DNA of 47,389 nucleotides, from positions 1 to 47,389 of IMG/VR virus record IMGVR_UViG_3300034894_000017, one strand, 5' to 3'. The position numbers and the translations under genes were made by a program. Below the pieces are notes generated by a model that was not told where the DNA came from, did no database searches, and worked only from the letters and a program-made list of their open reading frames with translations. Source of the stretch: a virus (Duplodnaviria > Caudoviricetes). Positions 35,739 to 43,751 of this stretch are shown here, piece after piece. The stretch's first letter is position 1. Every line of letters starts with the position of its first letter.

Positions 35739-36246
35739 TGTCCGGCAGGTAGAAGCGCACCTCGGCCTTGCCCTCGACGCGCAGGTCATGTCGCTCGACG
35801 AACATTCCAAGGTGCCTGCCGAGCGCCAGGAGGGCGTCGGTCTTGCTGTGCAGCTTGAGCGCCACGGACTTCTTGCCGTCGCTGCCGGCGAACATTCGCA
35901 CCTCGGCGATCGCCGCGAGCTGCTCGGGCGTGCGCTCCGACGACGACTTGAGGTCCACCCCGTCCGGGCCGAAGCTCAGGAAGTCGGTGATGTTCGCGCG
36001 GGCGATCTTCACGTACTCGCGCACGACGTCGTCGATCCGCATCTCGAGCCGCGTGGCGACATCGGTCATGCGCTTGCTGAGCTCCTGCTGAACGTGCGGC
36101 TTTCGAAGCAGCTGATACGCGGTCTCCCTGGCTGTACGCTGGCTGAACCCGGCGCGGATGGCCGCCGCGGCGCCGTTCATGTCGCGCAGATACTCGAGCA
36201 CGAAGCGCTTCTGCTTGGGGGTTAGCCCTCGTTTTCTAGCGGGCAT
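35716..36246 (-). CDS. terS: Terminase small subunit
   Basis: LTPKQKRFVLEYL-DMNGAAAAIRAGFS...KLHSK..AL.ALGRHLGMF. Confidence 0.95.
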   Translation of the reverse strand: MPARKRGLTPKQKRFVLEYLRDMNGAAAAIRAGFSQRTARETAYQLLRKPHVQQELSKRMTDVATRLEMRIDDVVREYVKIARANITDFLSFGPDGVDLKSSSERTPEQLAAIAEVRMFAGSDGKKSVALKLHSKTDALLALGRHLGMFVERHDLRVEGKAEVRFYLPDNGRRPGQ

Positions 36247-36634
36247 GTTCCGCCTCGAACCCGCGCAGATCGATATCGCGCAGCCGGCATCGATTGCAGC
36301 AGTGCGGCTGATGGTGCAGCCAGGTCGTCAACTTCAGGACGCGCCGCCGCCCGCATACGCACTCGACCTGCACGTAGGCTTCAGTGCGGCCATCGGGCCG
36401 CGTTCGCGTGGTGCGGCTGAGCTCGCGCAGCAGTGACGCAAGCGGCGCCGGCGCACGGCGGGGTGACCGGTGCGACTGCCCCCATTGCAGAACGCAGCCG
36501 CGACAGAGCCCGGCGAATCGCCGCAGCGGCTCAAGCACTGTGCCGCAGCCGCGGCAGAGCGTCGGCTCGGTGGGCACAGGGGTGATCGCCCTGCGTTCGT
36601 CCGACGCATCCAAGCCGTACAGCACGCGCTTCAT
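36236..36634 (-). CDS. Hypothetical Cys-rich protein
   Basis: CRGC twice, CVCG, CNRC; coupled ORF upstream of terS. Confidence 0.65.
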   Translation of the reverse strand: MKRVLYGLDASDERRAITPVPTEPTLCRGCGTVLEPLRRFAGLCRGCVLQWGQSHRSPRRAPAPLASLLRELSRTTRTRPDGRTEAYVQVECVCGRRRVLKLTTWLHHQPHCCNRCRLRDIDLRGFEAEHAR

Positions 36635-37155
36635 GGCCCCAACTCCATCTGCAAGCCACGCTGCCGGGGCGCCGGCTTGGCTCGCCGCGCATCCTCGACC
36701 CGCCGTGCGAGGCCCGCGTGCCCGAGCTGTCGCAGTGTCGTCGCTGTCTCAGCCCGCACCACCGCGAGCGGCCGCTGCCACGACCACTCATGCCCGGCGC
36801 GCAGCCGACGGCACCCGTAGCGCACCTGATCGCGTCGGATTCGCAGCAGCGATCGTGCGCGCGCGGCCGGCGACTCGTGGGCGTACCGCTCGACGAGGTC
36901 GGCGAAGCGTTCCTCGGCCGTGGGAACTGGCACCGGGCACGGCCGCTGCGCCAGCAACTCGGCGTCGACCTGGGCGAGCATGGCCTGCTCGTCCTCGGTG
37001 AGCGGGCGAGTCGTGGGGCGCACGTAGCAGGGGTGCTCGAACGGCGGCGGGGGCATACCCTCGAACCGCAGCCCGCAGGCGGCGAGCAAAGCATGCAGGG
37101 CGTCGCCCTTGTATCGCTTGCTCAGCGCTCGCATTTCATCGACGTGCCTGCTCAT
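36631..37155 (-). CDS. Hypothetical protein
   Basis: AGGAGG RBS, ATGA overlaps. Confidence 0.65.
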   Translation of the reverse strand: MSRHVDEMRALSKRYKGDALHALLAACGLRFEGMPPPPFEHPCYVRPTTRPLTEDEQAMLAQVDAELLAQRPCPVPVPTAEERFADLVERYAHESPAARARSLLRIRRDQVRYGCRRLRAGHEWSWQRPLAVVRAETATTLRQLGHAGLARRVEDARRAKPAPRQRGLQMELGP

Positions 37156-37751
37156 GCCGCCCTCCTGAGTGGCTGCTGCCGCGCCTTCACACGGGCGCGG
37201 TAGTCGCGCTGGTACTGGCGCAGGTATTCCCGGTTCGCGGCCTTCCACGCACTACGCTTCGCCTGGAACGCAGCGAACCACACGGGGTCGGCGGCCTTCC
37301 GCTCCTGCAACCGCGCGCGCCGCCGGGCCGCCAACCTCGCCTTGTGCCGCGTCCTGAATACCCGCTGCTGCGCCAGGCGCTTCTCGTGCGCGGCGCGGTC
37401 GGCTTTCACCTTCGCCCACCTGCACTTGTTGCTCGCGCGCTTCTGCTGCCGTAGCCGTTCGGCTTCGCTGGGGCAGCGCAGCTTGGCAGCGATCAGCGCG
37501 CGCTTGCGAGCGTTGCGCCCAGCAGACCAGCCGGGCTCTGCGCGCTTGCGTCGGTGGTACGCGCGCACCCGCTCACGCTCGCGTTGCCGGCCGCGCTCGC
37601 CTTGGCGCCAACGCCATGCTCGCAACCATTCTCGTCGCTTGCTCCGCTGGTGGACGTCGTGCCATGCCACGGCCGCGCGGACTTCGTTTTCGCGCCGGGT
37701 GTGCTCCCGGAACTCCGCTTCAATCTCATCTCGCAGCTGCAACCAGGTCAT
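37152..37751 (-). CDS. Arg-rich helical hypothetical protein
   Basis: AAGGAG upstream; highly basic repeats. Confidence 0.6.
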   Translation of the reverse strand: MTWLQLRDEIEAEFREHTRRENEVRAAVAWHDVHQRSKRREWLRAWRWRQGERGRQRERERVRAYHRRKRAEPGWSAGRNARKRALIAAKLRCPSEAERLRQQKRASNKCRWAKVKADRAAHEKRLAQQRVFRTRHKARLAARRRARLQERKAADPVWFAAFQAKRSAWKAANREYLRQYQRDYRARVKARQQPLRRAA

Positions 37752-37754
37752 CAA

Positions 37755-38003
37755 TCACATCTCCTTGAGGTCGGGCTCGCCGGGCTCGCGCACGCACCCG
37801 AGCTGCCGGACCAGCGCCTCGGCATCGGCCGCGTCGATCGTCAGCGCACCTGCGTATCCGCCGCGCGACCAGATGCGCACCGTCGCGTGGCCGCCATGCA
37901 AGCTCACGCTGAGCGACGACACGAGCACGGTCGATGCCGCGATGGTGTCGTCGCGCGCGAGCACTTCACTGACGTAGCGCGTCATCGGTGGCGGCCGGCT
38001 CAT
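37755..38003 (-). CDS. Hypothetical protein
   Basis: HATVRIWSRGGYAGALTID; coupled ORF. Confidence 0.6.
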   Translation of the reverse strand: MSRPPPMTRYVSEVLARDDTIAASTVLVSSLSVSLHGGHATVRIWSRGGYAGALTIDAADAEALVRQLGCVREPGEPDLKEM

Positions 38004-38167
38004 CGCACCGCCAACCCCGCGAACGCGGCGAGCAAGAGCAGCACCGTGCCCACGATCGCGATCACCCACCCCGCTACGTTCGCCATGGGTGGCGGCTGCT
38101 GCGCCTTGCTCACCCAGGCTGCGATCACGAGGCCCAACGCAATAAGTGCTCCGGCTGCTGTCGTCAT
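38000..38167 (-). CDS. Small two-TM membrane protein
   Basis: AGGAG RBS; two hydrophobic helices. Confidence 0.65.
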   Translation of the reverse strand: MTTAAGALIALGLVIAAWVSKAQQPPPMANVAGWVIAIVGTVLLLLAAFAGLAVR

Positions 38168-38583
38168 GTCCTGATCTCCTGTTGCGCCCACTCGGGCAGT
38201 TGATTTGCTTGCATGCGGCGCTTGTATTCACTGGCCGCGAGCGCGCACGCGGGGCCGCACACTCGGCGGCGCAGATCCAGCAGCCGGTCGCTGCGGTAGA
38301 CGCGCGGCTCCAAGATGGGCCCTCCGCAGCCCAGACACAGCCGTGGGCGTCGCCTGCGCGCGCTTGGCTTGGGCACGATCATCGCGAGCTGCACATCCGC
38401 GACCCGAGCATCGCGCGCGTGCTCGGCACCCACGTCGCAGCGCCGGCAGCAGCACCCGGTGATGCCCTCGATGCTCGACTTCGTACTGCCGAACCGCTGG
38501 TGCCGCGCTGCACAATCGCCGCGACGGATCGTGCCGTGCAGGTGTGGGCAGACGAAGCTCTCCTCGCGCTCGACCGGGGTCAT
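38164..38583 (-). CDS. Hypothetical Cys-rich protein
   Basis: CPHL, CRRC, CLGC, CGPAC; coupled ORF. Confidence 0.65.
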   Translation of the reverse strand: MTPVEREESFVCPHLHGTIRRGDCAARHQRFGSTKSSIEGITGCCCRRCDVGAEHARDARVADVQLAMIVPKPSARRRRPRLCLGCGGPILEPRVYRSDRLLDLRRRVCGPACALAASEYKRRMQANQLPEWAQQEIRT

Positions 38584-38735
38584 GACAGCCGCCCCGTGAG
38601 CCAGAGGATGAGCAGCACCAGGAGGAGCACGGCCGCAGGCGACCAGCTCCAATACCCGAGGCGCTCTTGCCCGAGGCTGCCACCGAGTAGCAGCACGACG
38701 ATCACGATGATGATGAGTAGCGTTGCCACTGTCAT
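38580..38735 (-). CDS. Small membrane protein (DUF3309-like)
   Basis: TLLIIIVIVVLLLGG...GY..SP..VLLLVLLILWLTGRL. Confidence 0.75.
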   Translation of the reverse strand: MTVATLLIIIVIVVLLLGGSLGQERLGYWSWSPAAVLLLVLLILWLTGRLS

Positions 38736-38751
38736 GCGATGGTCCCTTCGT

Positions 38752-39051
38752 TCACAGAATCCCGTTCGTGGTTGCGCGGGGCGGAGTCGAACCGCCTTGC
38801 GCGAGGGTATGAGTCTCGGCCCACCAGCCCGGTGTCCACGCATATGACTGCTCTGCATCACGCAGCCGCGGCTGCCGCCACAGCGCGAAGCCGAGCGCAG
38901 CGAGCAGCGCGACGAGCAGCGCGATCAGCAGCCCGCCGGCCGCCGCGCGCCGCCGCGCCCGGCGCTCGAGGCGCTCCCGTTGCTCAGCACGCAGCTTGTT
39001 GAGCTGCGCATTGATCTCGCGCTTCATCGCGCTTTGCTCATCGCCGCTCAT
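38752..39051 (-). CDS. Single-TM protein; reading frame runs through the tRNA
   Basis: Basic coiled coil then GGLLIALLVALLAALGFALW. Confidence 0.55.
   Translation of the reverse strand: MSGDEQSAMKREINAQLNKLRAEQRERLERRARRRAAAGGLLIALLVALLAALGFALWRQPRLRDAEQSYAWTPGWWAETHTLAQGGSTPPRATTNGIL
38769..38842 (-). tRNA. tRNA with CAT anticodon (Met or Ile2), atypical D-arm
   Basis: TGCGTGG/CCGCGCA acceptor stem plus ACCA; T-arm GGCGG-TTCGACT-CCGCC; anticodon arm CGAGA-CTCATAC-CCTCG; 74 nt. Confidence 0.8.
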
Positions 39052-39140
39052 GAGCGCAGCCCCCCCGGTCTGATTCCCGAGGATCGCATGCCCCGGCCAC
39101 AGATCTCCTGTGGCACCACACCCCGGGGAGCTGCGCTCAT
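39050..39140 (-). ncRNA. Long intergenic stem-loop (candidate cis-regulatory RNA)
   Basis: 39050-39068 pairs with 39123-39140 (11 perfect bp, G-U, 4 bp, bulge, 2 bp); inner 7-bp hairpin 39096-39114. Confidence 0.5.
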
Positions 39141-39161
39141 CGCGGCTGGGAACGTACGCGG

Positions 39162-39353
39162 TCAGCGCTCCGAACGGCCAGTGCTCGGTCGCTTGGGTGC
39201 TCTCGGCTGCGGCTCGGGCGCTTTCGGCTGCGGCTTGGGCTTGGGCGGCGCCGGCTCGGGTACGATTGGGCCGGGCGCAAATGGCTCGCCCGCCGGTAAG
39301 GGCACTGGCACTGGCTCGGGCACTGGTGGTGACGACTTGGGATCTGGGACCAT
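39162..39353 (-). CDS. Small proline-rich protein
   Basis: AAGGAG RBS; MVPDPKSSPPVPEPVPVPLP... Confidence 0.6.
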   Translation of the reverse strand: MVPDPKSSPPVPEPVPVPLPAGEPFAPGPIVPEPAPPKPKPQPKAPEPQPRAPKRPSTGRSER

Positions 39354-39404
39354 GACTGGACTCCTTTGCTGAGGCGGGCGCGACGTCCGCCGTGATGCGA
39401 TTGC

Positions 39405-39617
39405 TCATGGGCTCCGCTCCTGCTCGCGCTGACAGCGCCGGATGACAGCATCACGGTCAGCGACGTCGGGGGCCTCGAGCAGCTCCTGCACGAACGTCAT
39501 CCGGCCGCGCAGCTCACGGGCGTGCAGCGCTTGGGCGATGCGCTCCTGCGCCTTGGGGTTCAGCATCGGCGCGAGCCGCTGCGCTTCGGCGAGATGGCTG
39601 GCAGTGTAGCGGGTCAT
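39405..39617 (-). CDS. Hypothetical protein
   Basis: ATGA-coupled ORF. Confidence 0.6.
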   Translation of the reverse strand: MTRYTASHLAEAQRLAPMLNPKAQERIAQALHARELRGRMTFVQELLEAPDVADRDAVIRRCQREQERSP

Positions 39618-39952
39618 ACAATCCCCAGCGCGGTGATGAGGTCGATCAGGAAGCGCGTCTCGTTGTTCGTGAGTTCGAGCGCGACCGGCGGACTGCTACC
39701 TATCGCCAGCTCCATGCGAATGAGCAGCGCGGTCACGTCGATGCTGTGACGCGCGGCGATCGTCTTGGAGTGGCTGCGGATGCTCTCGCGGTTGTCGTCG
39801 CTCTTGGGCTCGGGCGGCGGAGGGAGTCGAGCCACGTAGACGAGCAGGGCCAGCAGCGCATCGATGATGTGGTTCTCGGCCGGGCTGCACGCCTCGCTGG
39901 CCGCTTGCGCGAGTTCTTCGTGCGCTGTGCGCAGGTCGTCGCGCTCGGTCAT
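39614..39952 (-). CDS. Hypothetical protein
   Basis: GGGGAG RBS, coupled ORF. Confidence 0.65.
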   Translation of the reverse strand: MTERDDLRTAHEELAQAASEACSPAENHIIDALLALLVYVARLPPPPEPKSDDNRESIRSHSKTIAARHSIDVTALLIRMELAIGSSPPVALELTNNETRFLIDLITALGIV

Positions 39953-40176
39953 TGCTCCCCCGCCGCGTGCTTGAGCACGTACACGATCGCCTCGCAGCTG
40001 CTGCAGCGCGTGCGCGCACCGGTCGCCGGCTCCCAACTCCGCCCCGGCCCGCGCAGTGCCTTACCGCAGCAGCTCGCTTGGACGTGCAGCTCGAACGCGT
40101 GCGCGAGACCGACCTTCGGCCGCGCAAGCCACGCCGGTCGCGACGATGCGGAATGAATCATGGAGCGAGGCGTCAT
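39949..40176 (-). CDS. Small zinc-binding hypothetical protein
   Basis: AHAF...CCG...RCSSC. Confidence 0.55.
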   Translation of the reverse strand: MTPRSMIHSASSRPAWLARPKVGLAHAFELHVQASCCGKALRGPGRSWEPATGARTRCSSCEAIVYVLKHAAGEQ

Positions 40177-40430
40177 GGCGCACCGTCCTGCACAGCACCG
40201 CTTGGCTTTTGAGCACCGCTTGGTGCGTCCATCAGCACGGCCTTGGGCGCGTCGCCCACCAGGCACACGATGATCGTCTGGCCGTGCGACTGCGCCAGGA
40301 CGTTGAGCGCGGCGGCGCCACGCACGACCTTGGGCCAGTCGACATGGGGCGGTGCGGCGGCGCGACACGACGCGAGCGTCAGGGCCAGGGTGACGAGCAT
40401 CGCGTTTCCGAGTGCGCCGGCGAGGGTCAT
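40173..40430 (-). CDS. Small putative lipoprotein
   Basis: Hydrophobic leader ending LASC. Confidence 0.5.
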   Translation of the reverse strand: MTLAGALGNAMLVTLALTLASCRAAAPPHVDWPKVVRGAAALNVLAQSHGQTIIVCLVGDAPKAVLMDAPSGAQKPSGAVQDGAP

Positions 40431-40672
40431 GGCAACAGATGCTCCCGGCGGCAGTAGTCGTCGAAGTCCCGAGCCGCCGCGTCGGCGACAGTGCGTGCGA
40501 CTTGGCGCGCATGGTCGGCATCCTGATGGTCGCGCACCTCGCCGTTGGTGCGCAGCCCCGTGAACTCGGCCGCGTACGCGCGCGCCCATAGCTCAGCGCG
40601 GAGGCGTCCATGGGTGCGCCAGTCCTCGAGCTGCTGTGCGTGTCGCAGCGCCTCGGATTCAGCGGGCGTCAT
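40427..40672 (-). CDS. Hypothetical protein
   Basis: Coupled ORF; WARAYAAEF...ADAAARDF. Confidence 0.65.
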   Translation of the reverse strand: MTPAESEALRHAQQLEDWRTHGRLRAELWARAYAAEFTGLRTNGEVRDHQDADHARQVARTVADAAARDFDDYCRREHLLP

Positions 40673-40703
40673 GACTGGGCCTTTCTGTTCTGCAACGCGC
40701 TCG

Positions 40704-41333
40704 TCACGACGTGTTCCCTTTCAGCCCGTAGCTCTGCCGCAGCTTGTCGAGGTACAACCGCTCGGCCTTGGTGCTCGGTGGCGGCAGCTGGCCCGTCAGC
40801 GCGAGGCCGAGCTGCACAAGCGCGAACGCGTCGGCCTGGTCGTCGCTCGTGAAGCGGCGCTGATGCTTGCGCGCGAGCTCGCTCACCATGAACGGCTTGG
40901 GCGCCTTGCCGTCGCCGGTGGTGAACTTTTTGAGCGAGCTCGGTGCGACTTCGATGATTGATGCATGGGGCAACAGCTCGCACAGCCGCCAGCGCAGCAC
41001 CCCGCCGAGCTCGGCCCGGTCGTGGTGGCCACGTTGCTTGCCGGGCGGTTCGAAGGCGTAGCCCTCGATCAGCACAAGGCTCGGCTTCGCGGCGCGCGAC
41101 ACCTCGAGTGTGCCGCGGATCAACTGCTCGTAGCGCGCAATGCGCTCGCGCACCGTGTCCGCTGGCTTGCTCGGCCACCACCCTTCGTACAACTCACGCC
41201 CAGGTGCGTGCAGGCAGCTGGCAAAGCCGGTGAGGCTGGGATCGATCCCGAGCACGCACTCGCCGAGCAGCGGCGGAACCCACTTCGCTGGCGGCGGCTC
41301 GTCGAACAGGTCGAGGGCGGCGGCTTGCTTCAT
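40704..41333 (-). CDS. RuvC-like Holliday junction resolvase
   Basis: VLGIDPSLTG, VLIEGY, AELGGV, VAPSSLKKFTTGDGKA-K, DDQADA. Confidence 0.9.
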   Translation of the reverse strand: MKQAAALDLFDEPPPAKWVPPLLGECVLGIDPSLTGFASCLHAPGRELYEGWWPSKPADTVRERIARYEQLIRGTLEVSRAAKPSLVLIEGYAFEPPGKQRGHHDRAELGGVLRWRLCELLPHASIIEVAPSSLKKFTTGDGKAPKPFMVSELARKHQRRFTSDDQADAFALVQLGLALTGQLPPPSTKAERLYLDKLRQSYGLKGNTS

Positions 41334-43051
41334 CGCGGCACCTCGGCTTCGGGCGTCACCCACACCGCGCCATCGGCGCGCATGAGCATGGTGGACTCGG
41401 CCTCCTCGATGAGGGCGATCAGCATCTGCTCGGCGATCGCGCGCGCGGCCGGTGGCGGCACGGCGTTGCCGATTCGCTCGCGCCACGCCGTCGAGGACTT
41501 GCCGGCCAGTTCCAGTGGCTTACCGTCGACCTCGGTGGGAAAGCCCTGCAATGCGGCCAACTCGAGCGTTGTGAGCGGGCGGTGCCAGGTGCCGTCGGCA
41601 GCGATGATCACCGGCACCAGCGGCGGTGGCTTGCGGATGTCCTCGATCACCATGACGGGACGAGCGTCGGGCAGTCGAGGATCGGCGACTGCCCATGCGC
41701 CGTTGTCGATCCCGGCAACGCCAGTCACGGTTTTCGCGGCTTCAGTCCAAGCGATCACGCCGTAGGCACCGGTGCGCGATTCACTCGGCACGCGAACGTC
41801 GGCGACGGAGTAGGCCCCGGTGCCAGGATGCGCTTTGCCGTGCACCACAAAGCTCGGCTCGTCCCAGCGCAGGATGCGATAGCCGTGGTCGTAGGCGACG
41901 CGCACACGGGGATCGGCGACAGCGAACGTGCCGCCAGACGGCACCGAGTTCCCCGTCACCGTGCCGAGTGGCTCGTTCCACGGTTTCACACCGAGCGCAC
42001 CACCCCCGAACGTGTCGCGGTACCCGACGCGCGGATCGGCAACCGCTGGCGCGCCCGAGCCTGGCCGGCTCGCTCCGATCACCGTAGCGCTTGGCTCGTC
42101 CCATGCGCCGACGCTGTACTTGTTCCAGTGAGCGCTCTTATTCTCGCGCTGCGGCACGATGCGCGGGTCGGCGACGTTCTCGACGCCATTGCTGCCGCTG
42201 CCTGCAACGGCGCCGGTGGGTGTTGCCCAGTCCTCGACAGCGTGGCGCTTGTGGACCGCGCGCCGTTCCAGATCGCCGAGCACACCAGGCAGATCACGCC
42301 AGTCGCCGCCAGCAGGAATGAGCGCAAGCCGCACCCAGTTGAGCCAAGAGATTCTTGGCATGACGTGCAGCGGGCCGCCGGCGGGATCGTTCGGCATCGG
42401 CAGGCTCTCGAGAACCTCGCCGCACGCGCGCACCCGGCGCTTGGGGGGCTGGTACAGCAGCGGTGATATTCGGGACGGGAGTCGACCAACCAACAGAAAC
42501 CGCCGCCGCCGTTGCGCGAGGCCGCCGAGCTCGCCGCAGTCGTGAGACTGCTCATGGAACACGTACCCGGCTTGGCGCAGCAGCTTGCGTACCTTACGCA
42601 GTAAGTGCCGGCCTCGCGACGCGATCCGCGGCACGTTCTCGATCAGCACCAGGCCGGGCAAGCGGTTGCGCCACGCCTCGAGCATGATCTGTGTCCAGTG
42701 CAGCACGAGCCTGTTCAGCGCGCGATATCGCGGCGCGCGAGCGGCGGCGCTGCCAAGCAGCCCACTGAATCCCTTGCAAGGCGGCGACAGAAACACGCAG
42801 TCGGGCGAGACGGGGCAGAAGCGCACGAGGTCGCAGGCGGTCATCTCGGCTATGTCGGCGACGAGGCATGGGGACTTCGTCAACCGCTCGAAGTCCTGCG
42901 CCGCGAGGGGATCGCAGTCGATGCCACCAAGCGAGCGAAACCTCCCGCATCGCCTGAGCAGACGCGCCTCGGCCTGCTGGAACCCGAGCGCACCACCGCC
43001 AATGCCGCAGAAGGGAAACAGCGCCGTGAAGATGTGCTCGAGCGGCGTCAT
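41330..43051 (-). CDS. C5-cytosine DNA methyltransferase with five internal repeats
   Basis: Motif I FCGIGGG, IV SPPCKGFS, VI ENVP, VIII QRRRR, X IGNAVPP. Confidence 0.93.
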   Translation of the reverse strand: MTPLEHIFTALFPFCGIGGGALGFQQAEARLLRRCGRFRSLGGIDCDPLAAQDFERLTKSPCLVADIAEMTACDLVRFCPVSPDCVFLSPPCKGFSGLLGSAAARAPRYRALNRLVLHWTQIMLEAWRNRLPGLVLIENVPRIASRGRHLLRKVRKLLRQAGYVFHEQSHDCGELGGLAQRRRRFLLVGRLPSRISPLLYQPPKRRVRACGEVLESLPMPNDPAGGPLHVMPRISWLNWVRLALIPAGGDWRDLPGVLGDLERRAVHKRHAVEDWATPTGAVAGSGSNGVENVADPRIVPQRENKSAHWNKYSVGAWDEPSATVIGASRPGSGAPAVADPRVGYRDTFGGGALGVKPWNEPLGTVTGNSVPSGGTFAVADPRVRVAYDHGYRILRWDEPSFVVHGKAHPGTGAYSVADVRVPSESRTGAYGVIAWTEAAKTVTGVAGIDNGAWAVADPRLPDARPVMVIEDIRKPPPLVPVIIAADGTWHRPLTTLELAALQGFPTEVDGKPLELAGKSSTAWRERIGNAVPPPAARAIAEQMLIALIEEAESTMLMRADGAVWVTPEAEVPR

Positions 43052-43245
43052 GCTTGCGCCTGCACTCGGGGATGCGCGGCGAGCCCGCGTGCCTTTGCCG
43101 ATCGCACCATCCGCACACGCCAGCCATTGGGCGCAATCGTGTATGTTCCCCAGCGCCCGCACGCTCGACACGCCCAGCGCCCGCCCGCCTCGTCGACCTC
43201 CAGGTCGCGATCGCACTCGAGGCACCACTCGGGCTCAGCTGGCAC
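43048..43245 (-). CDS. Small zinc-ribbon protein
   Basis: CLEC...CRAC. Confidence 0.6.
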   Translation of the reverse strand: MPAEPEWCLECDRDLEVDEAGGRWACRACGRWGTYTIAPNGWRVRMVRSAKARGLAAHPRVQAQA

Positions 43246-43459
43246 GCCGCACCTCCCTTGGCCCGTTGGCGTTGCGCCACAGCTTCTCGGCCGTCGCCGC
43301 CGAGCGCGGCTGGTACCAACGCTCGCCGGCGGGCTTCACCGAGCCGCAATGAGAGCACCAGCGCACGGTGCCGCGCGGCTCGCCGGCTTCGCCCCAGACG
43401 CGAGCATCCGACGCCGCCACCACCGCGCGGCTGTGTTCGCATGGCTTGGCCCTAGGCAC
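43235..43459 (-). CDS. Small hypothetical protein
   Basis: CEH...WCSHCGS; GAGGAGG RBS. Confidence 0.6.
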   Translation of the reverse strand: MPRAKPCEHSRAVVAASDARVWGEAGEPRGTVRWCSHCGSVKPAGERWYQPRSAATAEKLWRNANGPREVRRAS

Positions 43460-43751
43460 GCTCGGCCTCCTCTCGCAGGCCCCGCACGGAAGCTTTGGCT
43501 TGCTCGAGCGGCGACAGCCCCACCGCGGTGCCGAGCCGCAGCATGACGTGCTGGAGGCGCTGCCGGCGCGACCGGCTGATCGCAGCTCGACGCCGGACAG
43601 CGGTGCTCCATCGCACGCGCAGCTGCTCGAGCTCGGCGGCGAGCGCGCTCTCGCCGGCCGCGGTGAGCTCCGCGATGGCCGCGTGCATGTACAGTTGCGG
43701 CAACTGCCCTTTCTGCAGGATGAAGACTTCGCGGGCTGCTTCGGGGTTCAT
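43452..43751 (-). CDS. Hypothetical protein
   Basis: GGGAG RBS; ATGA-coupled to dnaB. Confidence 0.6.
   Translation of the reverse strand: MNPEAAREVFILQKGQLPQLYMHAAIAELTAAGESALAAELEQLRVRWSTAVRRRAAISRSRRQRLQHVMLRLGTAVGLSPLEQAKASVRGLREEAERA

Noticed and set aside
18509-35858. Long plus-strand ORFs opposite the virion genes (e.g. 18509..19690, 25203..26627, 31268..32536, 34584..35858)
   Set aside because: Antisense shadows typical of high-GC coding DNA; no motifs or RBS
38752-39408. Single 218-aa ORF as listed in the track
   Set aside because: The 5' half overlaps a better ORF with a strong RBS (39162..39353) and the hairpin; only the part from 39051 looks protein-like
40173-40430. o-spanin
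   Set aside because: Lipobox is plausible but there is no adjacent i-spanin or lysin
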